DNA of 64,000 nucleotides from Parachlamydiaceae bacterium (GTDB lineage Bacteria; Chlamydiota; Chlamydiia; Chlamydiales; Parachlamydiaceae): NCBI GenBank assembly GCA_013821265.1, contig JACDHD010000005.1, positions 236 to 64,235 of the forward strand, read 5' to 3'. Shown piece by piece: positions 9,847 to 17,957 of this stretch (position 1 is its first letter; each line of letters starts with the position of its first letter). The notes under the pieces were generated by a model. It saw only the letters and a program-made list of their open reading frames with translations, ran no database searches and was not told where the DNA came from. The position numbers and the translations under genes were made by a program.

Positions 9847-11172
9847 TCAGTATCGATAACTATCCGTTTTGTATGGCCCCTTCACATCGATACCTAAATA
9901 GGCTGATTGTTTAGGTGTCAACTCTGTCAGATGAACACCCAACTGCCCTAAATGCAGGCGTGCCACCTCTTCATCTAATTCTCGAGGCAAACAGTGCACC
10001 TTGCGTTCATATTTACCTTGTTGCGTCCACAACTCCATCTGCGCTAGCACTTGATTGGAAAAAGAATTGGACATCACAAATGAGGGGTGTCCATTAGCGC
10101 ATCCTAAATTCACCAACCTTCCCTGGGCTAACAAAATCAAACTCTTGCCGCTATCTTTCCAAACGTAGCGATCAACCTGCGGCTTAATAGGTACTTCCTC
10201 AATGTTTGGATTATTGTGCAACCAAGCGACATCAATTTCACAATCGAAGTGTCCAATGTTACACACAATGGCATAATCCTTCATGCGTTCCATATGCTCT
10301 CTGCGAATCACATCTGTGCATCCTGTAGCTGTCACAAAAATGTCGCAAAATTCTGCAGCTTCTTCCATCGTAATCACCTGCAAACCACACATGGAGGCTT
10401 GATAGGCACATATAGGGTCAATCTCGCAGATCCATACACGTGCTCCCATGCCAAGCATGGCTTGTGTACAGCCCTTGCCCACATCTCCATAGCCCGCAAT
10501 GACCACATTTTTCCCAGCAATCATCACGCCGGTGGCGCGCTTGATTCCATCTATCAGCGATTCACGGCACCCATACAAATTATCAAACTTCGACTTCGTG
10601 ACCGAATCGTTGACATTGATTGCAGGGGCTCCAAGAGTTCCCTCTTTTTCTCGGCGCAGGAGTTGACGCACTCCGGTCGTTGTTTCTTCTGAAATCCCTT
10701 TTATTCCCTTTAGCAATTCCGGTCTTTTTTCATGCACAAGATTGGTGAGATCACCGCCATCGTCCAGAATCATGTTTAAAGGCTCATTTCCAAAAAGCAG
10801 TGTCTGTTCAATGCACCATTCATACTCAGCATCGGTCATCCCTTTCCAGGCAAATACAGGTACTCCTGTCGCCGCAATGGCTGCTGCGGCTTGATCCTGC
10901 GTCGAATAAATATTGCACGAAGACCAACGCACTTCTGCCCCCAGGGCAATAAGAGTTTCAATCAATACTGCCGTCTGTATTGTCATGTGTAAGCAGCCGG
11001 CGATGCGTGCACCTTTTAAGGGCTGTACCTTTTGGTACTCTTGACGAATTGCCATTAGTCCTGGCATCTCTTTTTCCGCCATACTCATTTCGGCACGTCC
11101 CCAAGCGGCCAGCTTGGCGCCTTCTTCGCTGTTTATATCTAGTTGTCGCACAATGCGGTAATCTTGTTTCAT
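9847..11172 (-). CDS. ahcY: Adenosylhomocysteinase (SAH hydrolase)
   Basis: 441 aa. Conserved SAHH blocks: [24 protein letters not shown]-binding [36 protein letters not shown]. Confidence 0.95.
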   Translation of the reverse strand: MKQDYRIVRQLDINSEEGAKLAAWGRAEMSMAEKEMPGLMAIRQEYQKVQPLKGARIAGCLHMTIQTAVLIETLIALGAEVRWSSCNIYSTQDQAAAAIAATGVPVFAWKGMTDAEYEWCIEQTLLFGNEPLNMILDDGGDLTNLVHEKRPELLKGIKGISEETTTGVRQLLRREKEGTLGAPAINVNDSVTKSKFDNLYGCRESLIDGIKRATGVMIAGKNVVIAGYGDVGKGCTQAMLGMGARVWICEIDPICAYQASMCGLQVITMEEAAEFCDIFVTATGCTDVIRREHMERMKDYAIVCNIGHFDCEIDVAWLHNNPNIEEVPIKPQVDRYVWKDSGKSLILLAQGRLVNLGCANGHPSFVMSNSFSNQVLAQMELWTQQGKYERKVHCLPRELDEEVARLHLGQLGVHLTELTPKQSAYLGIDVKGPYKTDSYRY

Positions 11173-11243
11173 GTGTATTCCTTGGTAAAAAGGACAAAGG
11201 GCGTAAAGAGATTAGTGTTGGCTTAGGAACATAAAGCTTGTTT

Positions 11244-11470
11244 TAAGGCCAAACGGGCCGGAATTTCATAGCGAAGGCCAAGCGAAGCGAAGGCCTGGTA
11301 CCAATTCTAAATAGATCCCAGAGTCCTGTAAGGACGGCATATTCTAATTCAACTAATTCGATCAGTAATAGAACATGTCGTCCTTACAGGACTCCTGAGC
11401 ATTTTTGTATCATTACCAGGCCTGCGCTTCGCTTGGCCTTCGCTGTGAAATTCCAGCCTTGCAGGCCTTA
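11244..11470. repeat. 227-bp palindromic element (ggccttcgct family)
   Basis: The left arm taaggcc..ggaatttcatagcgaaggccaagcgaagcgaaggcctggta pairs with the right arm taccaggcctgcgcttcgcttggccttcgctgtgaaattcc..ggcctta. An inner pair is gtcctgtaaggacg/cgtccttacaggac. A half-copy occurs at 36447-36549. Confidence 0.85.
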
Positions 11471-11751
11471 GCACAGATAATAATGTTCCCTTTCAATAAA
11501 CTTTTGAACATACCTCTTTTCGTTTCTTGTCACCTCTTTTTATCTTTACCTGTAGGTTGTATTTATTTTGAATACATTCGTTAAGAACACACCTAATGCA
11601 AATGAATCGTCACGGCGACGAAAACCCCACTATAAAAGGAGTCAAGAGGATGCAAATCCTCTTGTGGGGTTAAGGGGCAACAGCCCCTTAATTTGTAGTA
11701 AAAATGCGGATCGTGTAGGCTGAAGATCAAACAATATGATCAGGAAAGAGT

Positions 11752-13296
11752 ATGACATCTGAATTTTTTGGAAACCCATTGGAAGAGCACAACGGAAACG
11801 GTAAAGCTGCAGCACCTTGCATCATGGTGATCTTTGGAGCCACTGGAGACCTAACCGGCCGCAAACTTTTGCCGGCGCTATACAATTTAGCAAGCGATGG
11901 ACAGTTGCCAGCTCACTTTGCCTGTGTAGGTTTTGCGCGACGCGACAAAACCCATGGTGTGTTCCAGCAAGAAATGTTCGATGCTATTAACTGTTTTTCG
12001 CGTACAAAACCTGACCAAGCATTGTGGGATAGTTTTAAGAATCAGCTCTATTACCACCGCTCTGAATTTGATGACGACCAAGGTTATGAAGCCTTGAAGC
12101 ACTTTTTGGACGAGTTGGATAAAAAATATGACACAAAAGGCAATCGCGTCTTTTACCTCTCCACACAACCTAGCTTTTTCCCGACAATTATCGAAAAGCT
12201 GCATAAACATAAACTGGTTTATCCCATTGGCAGCGATCAAAATGCCTGGTCGCGTGTCATCATCGAAAAGCCTTTTGGCAATGATCTGAAATCGGCGATA
12301 GACCTTCAGCAACAAATTTCTCAATATCTCGATGAAAGCCAAATCTATCGCATCGACCACTACCTAGGGAAAGAAACAGTTCAAAACCTCTTGGTGTTGC
12401 GCTTTAGCAATCCCATTTTCGAATCTGTTTGGAACAATCGCTACATCGACCACATGCAGATCACTGTCAGCGAAGAAATCGGCATCGGTACGCGCGGTCA
12501 CTTTTTTGAAGAAGCGGGAATGTTGCGCGACATCGTGCAAAACCATGTCATGCAACTTCTGTCATTAGTTGCAATGGAACCCCCCACAAACCTATCTGCA
12601 CACGCCATTCACGACGAAAAAGTAAAAGTACTGGAATCCATTCGACCGATCCCTCTTGATAACTTTGACGCACATGTCGTGCGAGGTCAATATGGTCCGG
12701 GCTTTATCAACGGAACTGCAGTGTGTGGATACCGACAAGAAAATAATGTGCCCCCAGATTCAAGTGTTGAGACATATGTGGCGCTGGAACTATTTATAGA
12801 CAACTGGCGCTGGTCCGGAGTCCCCATCTACCTAAGAGCCGGAAAAAGGCTCCCAAAACGTGCTACAGAGATTGCTATCTCCTTTAAGCAAGCTCCTCCG
12901 GGCTGCTTGTTCCACATGATCGACAAGCCAATCGAATCAAACATCTTGGTCATACGAATCCAACCTGATGAGGGCATCTCATTAAAAATGAACTGTAAAG
13001 TGCCCGGACTAAATGGTCCGATTCAACCGGTTAAAATGGATTTCCGCTACAGCTCTCATTTTGGCATGACTCCTCCAGAAGCGTATGAACGGCTTCTATG
13101 CGACTGCATGGCGGGTGATGGCACGCTTTTTGCTCGGGTTGATGAAGTGTTAGCCTCCTGGAAGCTCCTTACACCTGTACTGGAACGCTGGCAAACCTCA
13201 AAAGCCGATTTCCCAAATTACGAAGCTGGATCTTGGGGTCCGGAGGCAGCAGATAAAATGTTGTCTAAAAGTAACCGCAAATGGCGCTTAATTTGA
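11752..13296 (+). CDS. zwf: Glucose-6-phosphate 1-dehydrogenase
   Basis: 514 aa. NADP site FGATGDLTGRKLLPALY, active-site block RIDHYLGKE, EKPFG motif. Confidence 0.95.
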   Translation: MTSEFFGNPLEEHNGNGKAAAPCIMVIFGATGDLTGRKLLPALYNLASDGQLPAHFACVGFARRDKTHGVFQQEMFDAINCFSRTKPDQALWDSFKNQLYYHRSEFDDDQGYEALKHFLDELDKKYDTKGNRVFYLSTQPSFFPTIIEKLHKHKLVYPIGSDQNAWSRVIIEKPFGNDLKSAIDLQQQISQYLDESQIYRIDHYLGKETVQNLLVLRFSNPIFESVWNNRYIDHMQITVSEEIGIGTRGHFFEEAGMLRDIVQNHVMQLLSLVAMEPPTNLSAHAIHDEKVKVLESIRPIPLDNFDAHVVRGQYGPGFINGTAVCGYRQENNVPPDSSVETYVALELFIDNWRWSGVPIYLRAGKRLPKRATEIAISFKQAPPGCLFHMIDKPIESNILVIRIQPDEGISLKMNCKVPGLNGPIQPVKMDFRYSSHFGMTPPEAYERLLCDCMAGDGTLFARVDEVLASWKLLTPVLERWQTSKADFPNYEAGSWGPEAADKMLSKSNRKWRLI

Positions 13297-13325
13297 GGCA
13301 TCGTCTATGTTCACCATAATATTGG

Positions 13326-13425
13326 ACCAGACCGGGACGGTCTGGTTACTTTCTTTCTTTTGCAGGGCGGGACGCCCTGGTTACCTTCAGGCCGAAAACG
13401 GCCTGGTTCGTGAACATGTACGAGG
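13326..13425. repeat. GC-hairpin array family
   Basis: ccagaccg-gga-cggtctgg, cagggcg-gga-cgccctgg, caggccg-aaaa-cggcctg, then gaacatgtacga. It lies between zwf and the opcA-like gene. Confidence 0.85.
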
Positions 13426-13430
13426 CATCT

Positions 13431-14498
13431 ATGAACACACATGAAGACATTCAAATTGCAAATATTGAAAAAGAACTTGCTTGTCTGCATGAATCCCAAA
13501 AGGCCAAAGAGCGTACGCCTGCGTGCCTATTTAATCTGATTATATACTCACAAAATCAACAGCGCAGCGACTACCTCCAACGCATTCGGCAAGCAATTAT
13601 CACCAAATTTCCATGCCGCATTATTTTCATACAAGGCAATCCTGATCCCTCTGCAAATTACCTTAAAGTAAATGTATCAACGGAAACGGTAGGCAAAATT
13701 GTCTGCGATATGATCTACATTGAAGCAAGCACAGCCTACCTCAATCGCGTACCTTTCCTAATCTTCCCTCATCTAGTCCCTGATCTCCCCCTTCAACTTT
13801 TGTGGGGACAAAATCCTACGACAGACCAAATTATTTTGCCTCACTTGATCTTCCATGCTAACCGCCTCATTTTTGACGCGGACAATGCAGAAAACATCGG
13901 GCAATTTACACATGACATCTTAGAAATGATGCAAACCCACCCAAAGCTCTCTTTCTTAGATGTCAACTGGGGTCTTACTTCAGGTTGGAGAAAAGTACTT
14001 GCACAGGTTTTTGATACTCCAGAGGCACGTCAGCATCTTCAATTCACCAACAGTCTTAACATTTACTACAACGACCGCAAAGTCAATTGGCTTAAACACA
14101 ATGACTTCCAACCTAGATACCTCATCGATTGGCTGGCAAGCCAACTCAACTGGTCCCTAGAAAATCATGTAGCCGATGATCACTTACAAACATTCACATT
14201 CCATAATGGAGTCAAAAATTTTGATATCCATCTACGTCCCCAACTACATGTAAATCTCTATCCAGGCACAATCGTGGGTATCGATGTGTTTGCTGAAGAT
14301 GAACACTCCTACGTGATTGCTCCTATTCCAGACCTCCCTAAAGTTGTGGTTCATATCTCCACAGCAGAAACATGTGAACTGCCCTACACACTTCCCCTCT
14401 CTGGACTAACTCCCGGCTTCCACTACGTCAAAGAACTGCTTTTCGCAGACACAAGCGAACACTACAAAAAAATGTTAGCCGTCGAAGGAGTTGTATGA
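13431..14498 (+). CDS. Putative OpcA-like G6PDH assembly/effector protein
   Basis: The ORF sits between zwf and pgl, overlapping pgl by 4 nt (ATGA). That is where opcA sits in actinobacterial and cyanobacterial zwf operons. The N-terminal block CLFNLIIYS ... FPCRIIFI resembles OpcA from memory. Start is uncertain: the ORF opens at a GTG at 13410 inside a repeat, ATG 13416 is also possible, and I prefer ATG 13431 with gagg upstream. Confidence 0.5.
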   Translation: MNTHEDIQIANIEKELACLHESQKAKERTPACLFNLIIYSQNQQRSDYLQRIRQAIITKFPCRIIFIQGNPDPSANYLKVNVSTETVGKIVCDMIYIEASTAYLNRVPFLIFPHLVPDLPLQLLWGQNPTTDQIILPHLIFHANRLIFDADNAENIGQFTHDILEMMQTHPKLSFLDVNWGLTSGWRKVLAQVFDTPEARQHLQFTNSLNIYYNDRKVNWLKHNDFQPRYLIDWLASQLNWSLENHVADDHLQTFTFHNGVKNFDIHLRPQLHVNLYPGTIVGIDVFAEDEHSYVIAPIPDLPKVVVHISTAETCELPYTLPLSGLTPGFHYVKELLFADTSEHYKKMLAVEGVV

Positions 14499-15250
14499 CA
14501 ATGCAAGGCATCCAACCGCTAGATGAACGCCGCGACATCGTTGTCCCCGGCAATACAGACGAAACTCTAAAATTTTGTGTCGAACACTTCATCCTCCAGG
14601 CCAACCACGCAATCGCCACACACGGAAAATTCACGGTCGCTCTTTCAGGTGGCAGCACCCCAGCAGCAATCTACAAAAGCCTGTCCGATCCTAAAAATAG
14701 CTCCAGAATCGATTGGACACGCGTATTCCTCTTTTGGAGCGATGAACGCTGGGTCCCACAAACCGACAAAGACAGTAACTACCACATGGCAATGACGGCA
14801 GGCCTAAACACTCTCAACATCCCCTCCAACCACATTTTCCCCATGCCCACCAACGGCGATGACTACGAAGCCAAAGCCAACGCCTACGAAAAACTCATCC
14901 AAACACATGTCCCAAATCTCTCCTTCGACCTGGTCATGCTAGGCATGGGCGAAGATGGTCACACTGCCTCCCTATTCCCCAAAACACACGGCCTACACTC
15001 CAACAGACACTCAGTCATCGCAAACTTCATCCCCCAAAAAGATACCTGGCGCCTAACTCTCACCTTCGAATGCATCAACTCCGCACGCCACATCGCAATC
15101 TACGTCCTCGGCGCCAACAAAGCCCCCATGGTCAAACGCGTCCTAACCTCCCCCTTCACCCCCGACGAACTCCCCATCCAAAACATCGGCACCCCCTCCC
15201 ACAAAGCCCTCTGGATCTTAGATGACTCTGCAAGGGGCTCTGCCCCTTGA
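14495..15250 (+). CDS. pgl: 6-phosphogluconolactonase
   Basis: 251 aa. LSGGSTP and GMGEDGHTASLFP motifs. The stop codon lies in a repeat hairpin (gcccctTGAcccc). Confidence 0.9.
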   Translation: MTMQGIQPLDERRDIVVPGNTDETLKFCVEHFILQANHAIATHGKFTVALSGGSTPAAIYKSLSDPKNSSRIDWTRVFLFWSDERWVPQTDKDSNYHMAMTAGLNTLNIPSNHIFPMPTNGDDYEAKANAYEKLIQTHVPNLSFDLVMLGMGEDGHTASLFPKTHGLHSNRHSVIANFIPQKDTWRLTLTFECINSARHIAIYVLGANKAPMVKRVLTSPFTPDELPIQNIGTPSHKALWILDDSARGSAP

Positions 15251-15325
15251 CCCCGTTAAGGGAACTTCGTCCCTTAAAACCCTACCAAAGGGCTTGCGCC
15301 CTCTGGACTCCCTTTATTGTGAAGT
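15236..15325. repeat. aaggggN hairpin family element
   Basis: aaggggc-tct-gcccctt, aagggaac-ttc-gtccctt, agggc-ttgc-gccct. It overlaps the last codons of pgl. Confidence 0.8.
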
Positions 15326-15546
15326 TTGCGTCGCCGTGAGCGTTTTGATGTGTAGGGTTGTATTTTTTTTGTGATTCATTAAAAAGCGATGCTTTTTAAA
15401 GAATCAAAAACACAAACCAACAAAACCTCAAGACAACATAACCTGCACAACAAGGGGGTGCAGAAGGTACAAAACTTAGTGGGATTAAAGGAATAAAGTT
15501 CCTTAAAGGGTGAAGAGGACAACCTCCTTTCCGAAGTCTACAAGAT

Positions 15547-15675
15547 AGCCAGGACGTCTCAAAAAACAGGCCGTCAGGCCTGAAAGTAACCAGGGTCCCG
15601 CCCTGCAAAAAAAAGAAGGTAGCCAGACCGTCCCGTCTGGTAAAAAAAAGGACAACCAGTCCCGGGACGGCCCAT
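15547..15675. repeat. GC-hairpin array family (opposite orientation)
   Basis: caggccg-tc-aggcctg, ccagggtcccgccctg, ccagaccg-tcc-cgtctgg, ccagtcccgggacgg. These are reverse-complement relatives of the 5281 and 13326 modules. Confidence 0.8.
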
Positions 15676-15744
15676 AATAAAAGTTACTCAGAGTGTGCGG
15701 GACTTTTAGCACAGCTTTCATAAACAAAGGCTTGCCGATGTTAC

Positions 15745-16320
15745 TTAGAGAGGTTTGTGATGGCGCAGAGCCTTGGCAGCGGCACGATCGATGATGTGAG
15801 ATGTAAGCCCACCAAAAGACAACGAAGCCAACAGCATCGAAGTGATGAACATCAAAATTGCCAATGGGATGCCAAAATAACCTACAAAGACCACACTGGC
15901 AACACAACCAACAGCCGATGCAATTAAAAACAAGAGGTCTAATACTCCACTTTCTATGCCATATGGAATCACACCCGTAGAACGTCTTGCATCAATCTCT
16001 TTACCAGCTGACTTTAATTCCTTGAATGCTTGATTTGTCATAATCAATCGAATGTTTAGTTTTTTTAAGCCAGGAGTGTCTCGAGCAGCCTCAGCCATGA
16101 TTCTACCTTCTGCTCCCTTAATTCCAATTTGATGATCAACATCATCAGTAGTACGTCCATCATGGAGACGAGTCACCTCAATATAACATTTTCCATTCTG
16201 CTGTAATTTAAATAGAGCCCTCCATCCAATACCCAAAATCTGCCTGTAAGACGTTTCAGTTAATTTAAAATGTCGCATATCATCTTTCGTACGAGTTGTT
16301 AAAAAAATTTGAAGATCCAC
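15745..16320 (-). CDS. Hypothetical membrane protein with a C-terminal bilobed hydrophobic domain (Inc-like topology)
   Basis: 191-aa ORF with a GTG start; an internal ATG at MRHFKL is an alternative. Two adjacent hydrophobic stretches: VLDLLFLIASAVGCVASVVFVGYFGIPLAILMFITSMLLASLSFGGL. Confidence 0.5.
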   Translation of the reverse strand: MDLQIFLTTRTKDDMRHFKLTETSYRQILGIGWRALFKLQQNGKCYIEVTRLHDGRTTDDVDHQIGIKGAEGRIMAEAARDTPGLKKLNIRLIMTNQAFKELKSAGKEIDARRSTGVIPYGIESGVLDLLFLIASAVGCVASVVFVGYFGIPLAILMFITSMLLASLSFGGLTSHIIDRAAAKALRHHKPL

Positions 16321-16410
16321 TCTATTTGAATAAGTTTTCTCGTTTTTTATCCCCGACTTCTCAAATTCTTGAGTATGGATGTGGTTACGGTCGTATGATG
16401 AAAATTTTTG

Positions 16411-16733
16411 TTAGGGAAGCAACATCTTCGACTATTCTACGATCGTGGTAACGTCTGGGGCTTCTCCGGCTGTTCCGATGATTTCGACGTGGTTCCGGTG
16501 GCCGATGAGGATGATTTAATGACCTTGAGCTGCGAAGCGTTTCACAGCTGAGTGTACGCGAGTTACTAAACCGCAAGTTGCATCGATTTCGATCAGCTGG
16601 CGCTGTTTTGCGTGTTCACGGACAGCTGGAGAAACACCGTGAGCTGAGTAGATTAAGCGAGCACCTACGGGAACATCTTCGAGGTCTTCAATGAAAACGG
16701 CTCCTTTGGCTTTAAGACCATCTACAACGTGGC
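16411..16733 (-). pseudogene. Duplicated internal fragment of ispH (about codons 43-150), inactivated
   Basis: Aligns base-for-base with 22667-22990 inside the intact ispH. I hand-counted roughly two dozen differences, including small indels. In the IspH frame, GHQIILIGH becomes GH-TAA (ggtcatTAAatcatc at about 16514-16528). It has no start and no 5' or 3' gene parts. Confidence 0.85.
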
Positions 16734-16735
16734 AA

Positions 16736-17043
16736 TCAATCCGAATAATCCGGATGGACTAAGTATCGACGAACTAGGATATGGGAAATACAATGACGGC
16801 TTCGATGATATGAAAAAATATGGACTGAAGCGCAGTTCAGCTTTCCATACTTGTACGATGGGGAAACAAAGGCAACTGCCAAGGCATACGGATGCCTTGC
16901 AACTCCACATATCTTCGTCTTTGATGCCAAACGTAATTTGCGCTACAAAGGGCATCACGCAATAAGGATCGAAGATCTTCCTTTCAGAGGTTTTTCTTTA
17001 GGCAAAATCCGTGGACCAAATACGGGCAGCAATTTACATTAAT
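16736..17043 (+). pseudogene. Truncated, frameshifted remnant of a thioredoxin-fold (redoxin/TlpA-like) gene
   Basis: Frame A reads ...DELGYGKYNDGFDDMKKYGLK. A frame shifted by 2 then reads QFSFPYLYDGETKATAKAYGCLATPHIFVFDAKRNLRYKG. This is the C-terminal half pattern of thioredoxin-like proteins (FPYLYD...AKAYG...TP..F.FD, recalled from memory). No CxxC-bearing N-terminus is present, and the fragment begins right at the end of the ispH duplicate. Confidence 0.5.
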
Positions 17044-17139
17044 GGCATAAATCAGAATTCTAAAAAGACGGTTAAATTACGATTACGAATGGCAAGAGTC
17101 CACCACATTAGTTGACCCTTGCCGATTACACGATTAATT

Positions 17140-17352
17140 TTAAACGTTTGTTTGTTTTAATCGTCCTGTTGTTGGACGATTAACTGGCCCAGAGCTTGAT
17201 TCACCTGAGCACATGCCGGCTAAAGCATCAGAAAATGACAGATCAACTTCTGACATTTGGTATAGGGCGTTGTTAGAGATTTGAGACATTTCTGACTCAA
17301 TCACTGTATATTCTTGCACGATCTGAATATTATTTACGGGGATCTCCAACAT
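17140..17352 (-). CDS. Candidate RiPP (azoline/TOMM) precursor peptide
   Basis: 70 aa with a strong RBS (aaaaggagaagtttATG). Divergent from the heterocyclase operon. Acidic leader containing DLSFSDALAG, then a Cys/Ser/Thr/Gly-rich tail MCSGESSSGPVNRPTTGRLKQTNV. Confidence 0.6.
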   Translation of the reverse strand: MLEIPVNNIQIVQEYTVIESEMSQISNNALYQMSEVDLSFSDALAGMCSGESSSGPVNRPTTGRLKQTNV

Positions 17353-17516
17353 AAACTTCTCCTTTTAAAAGATTTCACAACTCTTTTATGGATCAAAATG
17401 AGATATTTTTCAATATCTTCATCGAATTCAGCAATTCCTCCAAGAAAAACACATATAATTAGCTGATTAAACCATATTTCTTTGAGAGATTTTTTTTAGA
17501 AAATTGCTGAATCGAA

Positions 17517-17546
17517 TTGACATGTCCTGGACTAACTCTGTACCAT
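17517..17546 (+). promoter_or_regulatory. Candidate sigma-70-type promoter for the 17604-21551 operon
   Basis: TTGACA (17517-17522), an 18-nt spacer, then TACCAT (17541-17546), about 57 nt upstream of the ATG at 17604. The -35 overlaps one arm of the inverted repeat aattgctgaat (17502-17512, pairing with 17426-17436). Confidence 0.3.
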
Positions 17547-17603
17547 CATGCAAGTTAATGAGCGCGAAGAACCGAACACAAATAGTGATGGGGAGAGATT
17601 ATA

Positions 17604-17957
17604 ATGAAAACGATATGCATCAAAACTAAACTAAAAAAAGAGCTGATTGAAGAGATCAGGATTTGGTTTCAAACAATAAAAAATAGGATGAGTGAAACGT
17701 TAGAGTCATTGGAAAATGAAGGAGTTATTGTTGAATCTGCGTTTTTAGACAAGCAAGGAGACGAGCTTTATCTTATTTATTATTTGAAAGCAGAAGACAT
17801 CTCACGGGTTTATGAAGTATTCAATAAATCGACTTTAGCGATCGACCATTATTACAAAGAATGTTGGAAAAAGTACTGTGAGGGACGAGAAGTTTTAGAA
17901 GAACTTTTAGATATTGACAGAATCGATAATGTGAAAATTGTAAATGATGCATTTTAA
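17604..17957 (+). CDS. Small hypothetical protein, first gene of the RiPP operon
   Basis: 117 aa with RBS ggagag. Overlaps the heterocyclase start by 14 nt, suggesting translational coupling. No motif recognised with confidence; it loosely recalls small alpha/beta-barrel proteins. Confidence 0.6.
   Translation: MKTICIKTKLKKELIEEIRIWFQTIKNRMSETLESLENEGVIVESAFLDKQGDELYLIYYLKAEDISRVYEVFNKSTLAIDHYYKECWKKYCEGREVLEELLDIDRIDNVKIVNDAF

Noticed and set aside
9053-11172. Functional coupling of the SAM methyltransferase with convergent ahcY as a novel module
   Set aside because: The genes are convergent, not co-transcribed. SAH hydrolase serves all methyltransferases, so the adjacency is unremarkable without conservation data.
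11173-11751. SAH riboswitch upstream of ahcY
   Set aside because: The region is largely explained by the 227-bp palindromic repeat and small hairpin modules. I could not recognise the conserved SAH-riboswitch core by eye. A covariance-model scan (Rfam SAH_riboswitch) would be decisive.
16385-16576. 63-aa ORF (MRFSNSRTLSCETLRS...)
   Set aside because: This is an out-of-frame reading of the duplicated ispH fragment. The IspH frame itself is interrupted by TAA.
17389-17635. Alternative plus-strand precursor candidates in the RiPP control region: MDQNEIFFNIFIEFSNSSKKNTYN at about 17389, and MSWTNSVPSCKLMSAKNRTQIVMGRDYNENDMHQN at about 17522
   Set aside because: The first has no Cys and no RBS. 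The second overlaps the predicted promoter and the 117-aa ORF start in another frame, with its Ser/Thr/Cys at the N-terminus rather than after a leader. The minus-strand 70-aa ORF has the better RBS and leader/core organisation.
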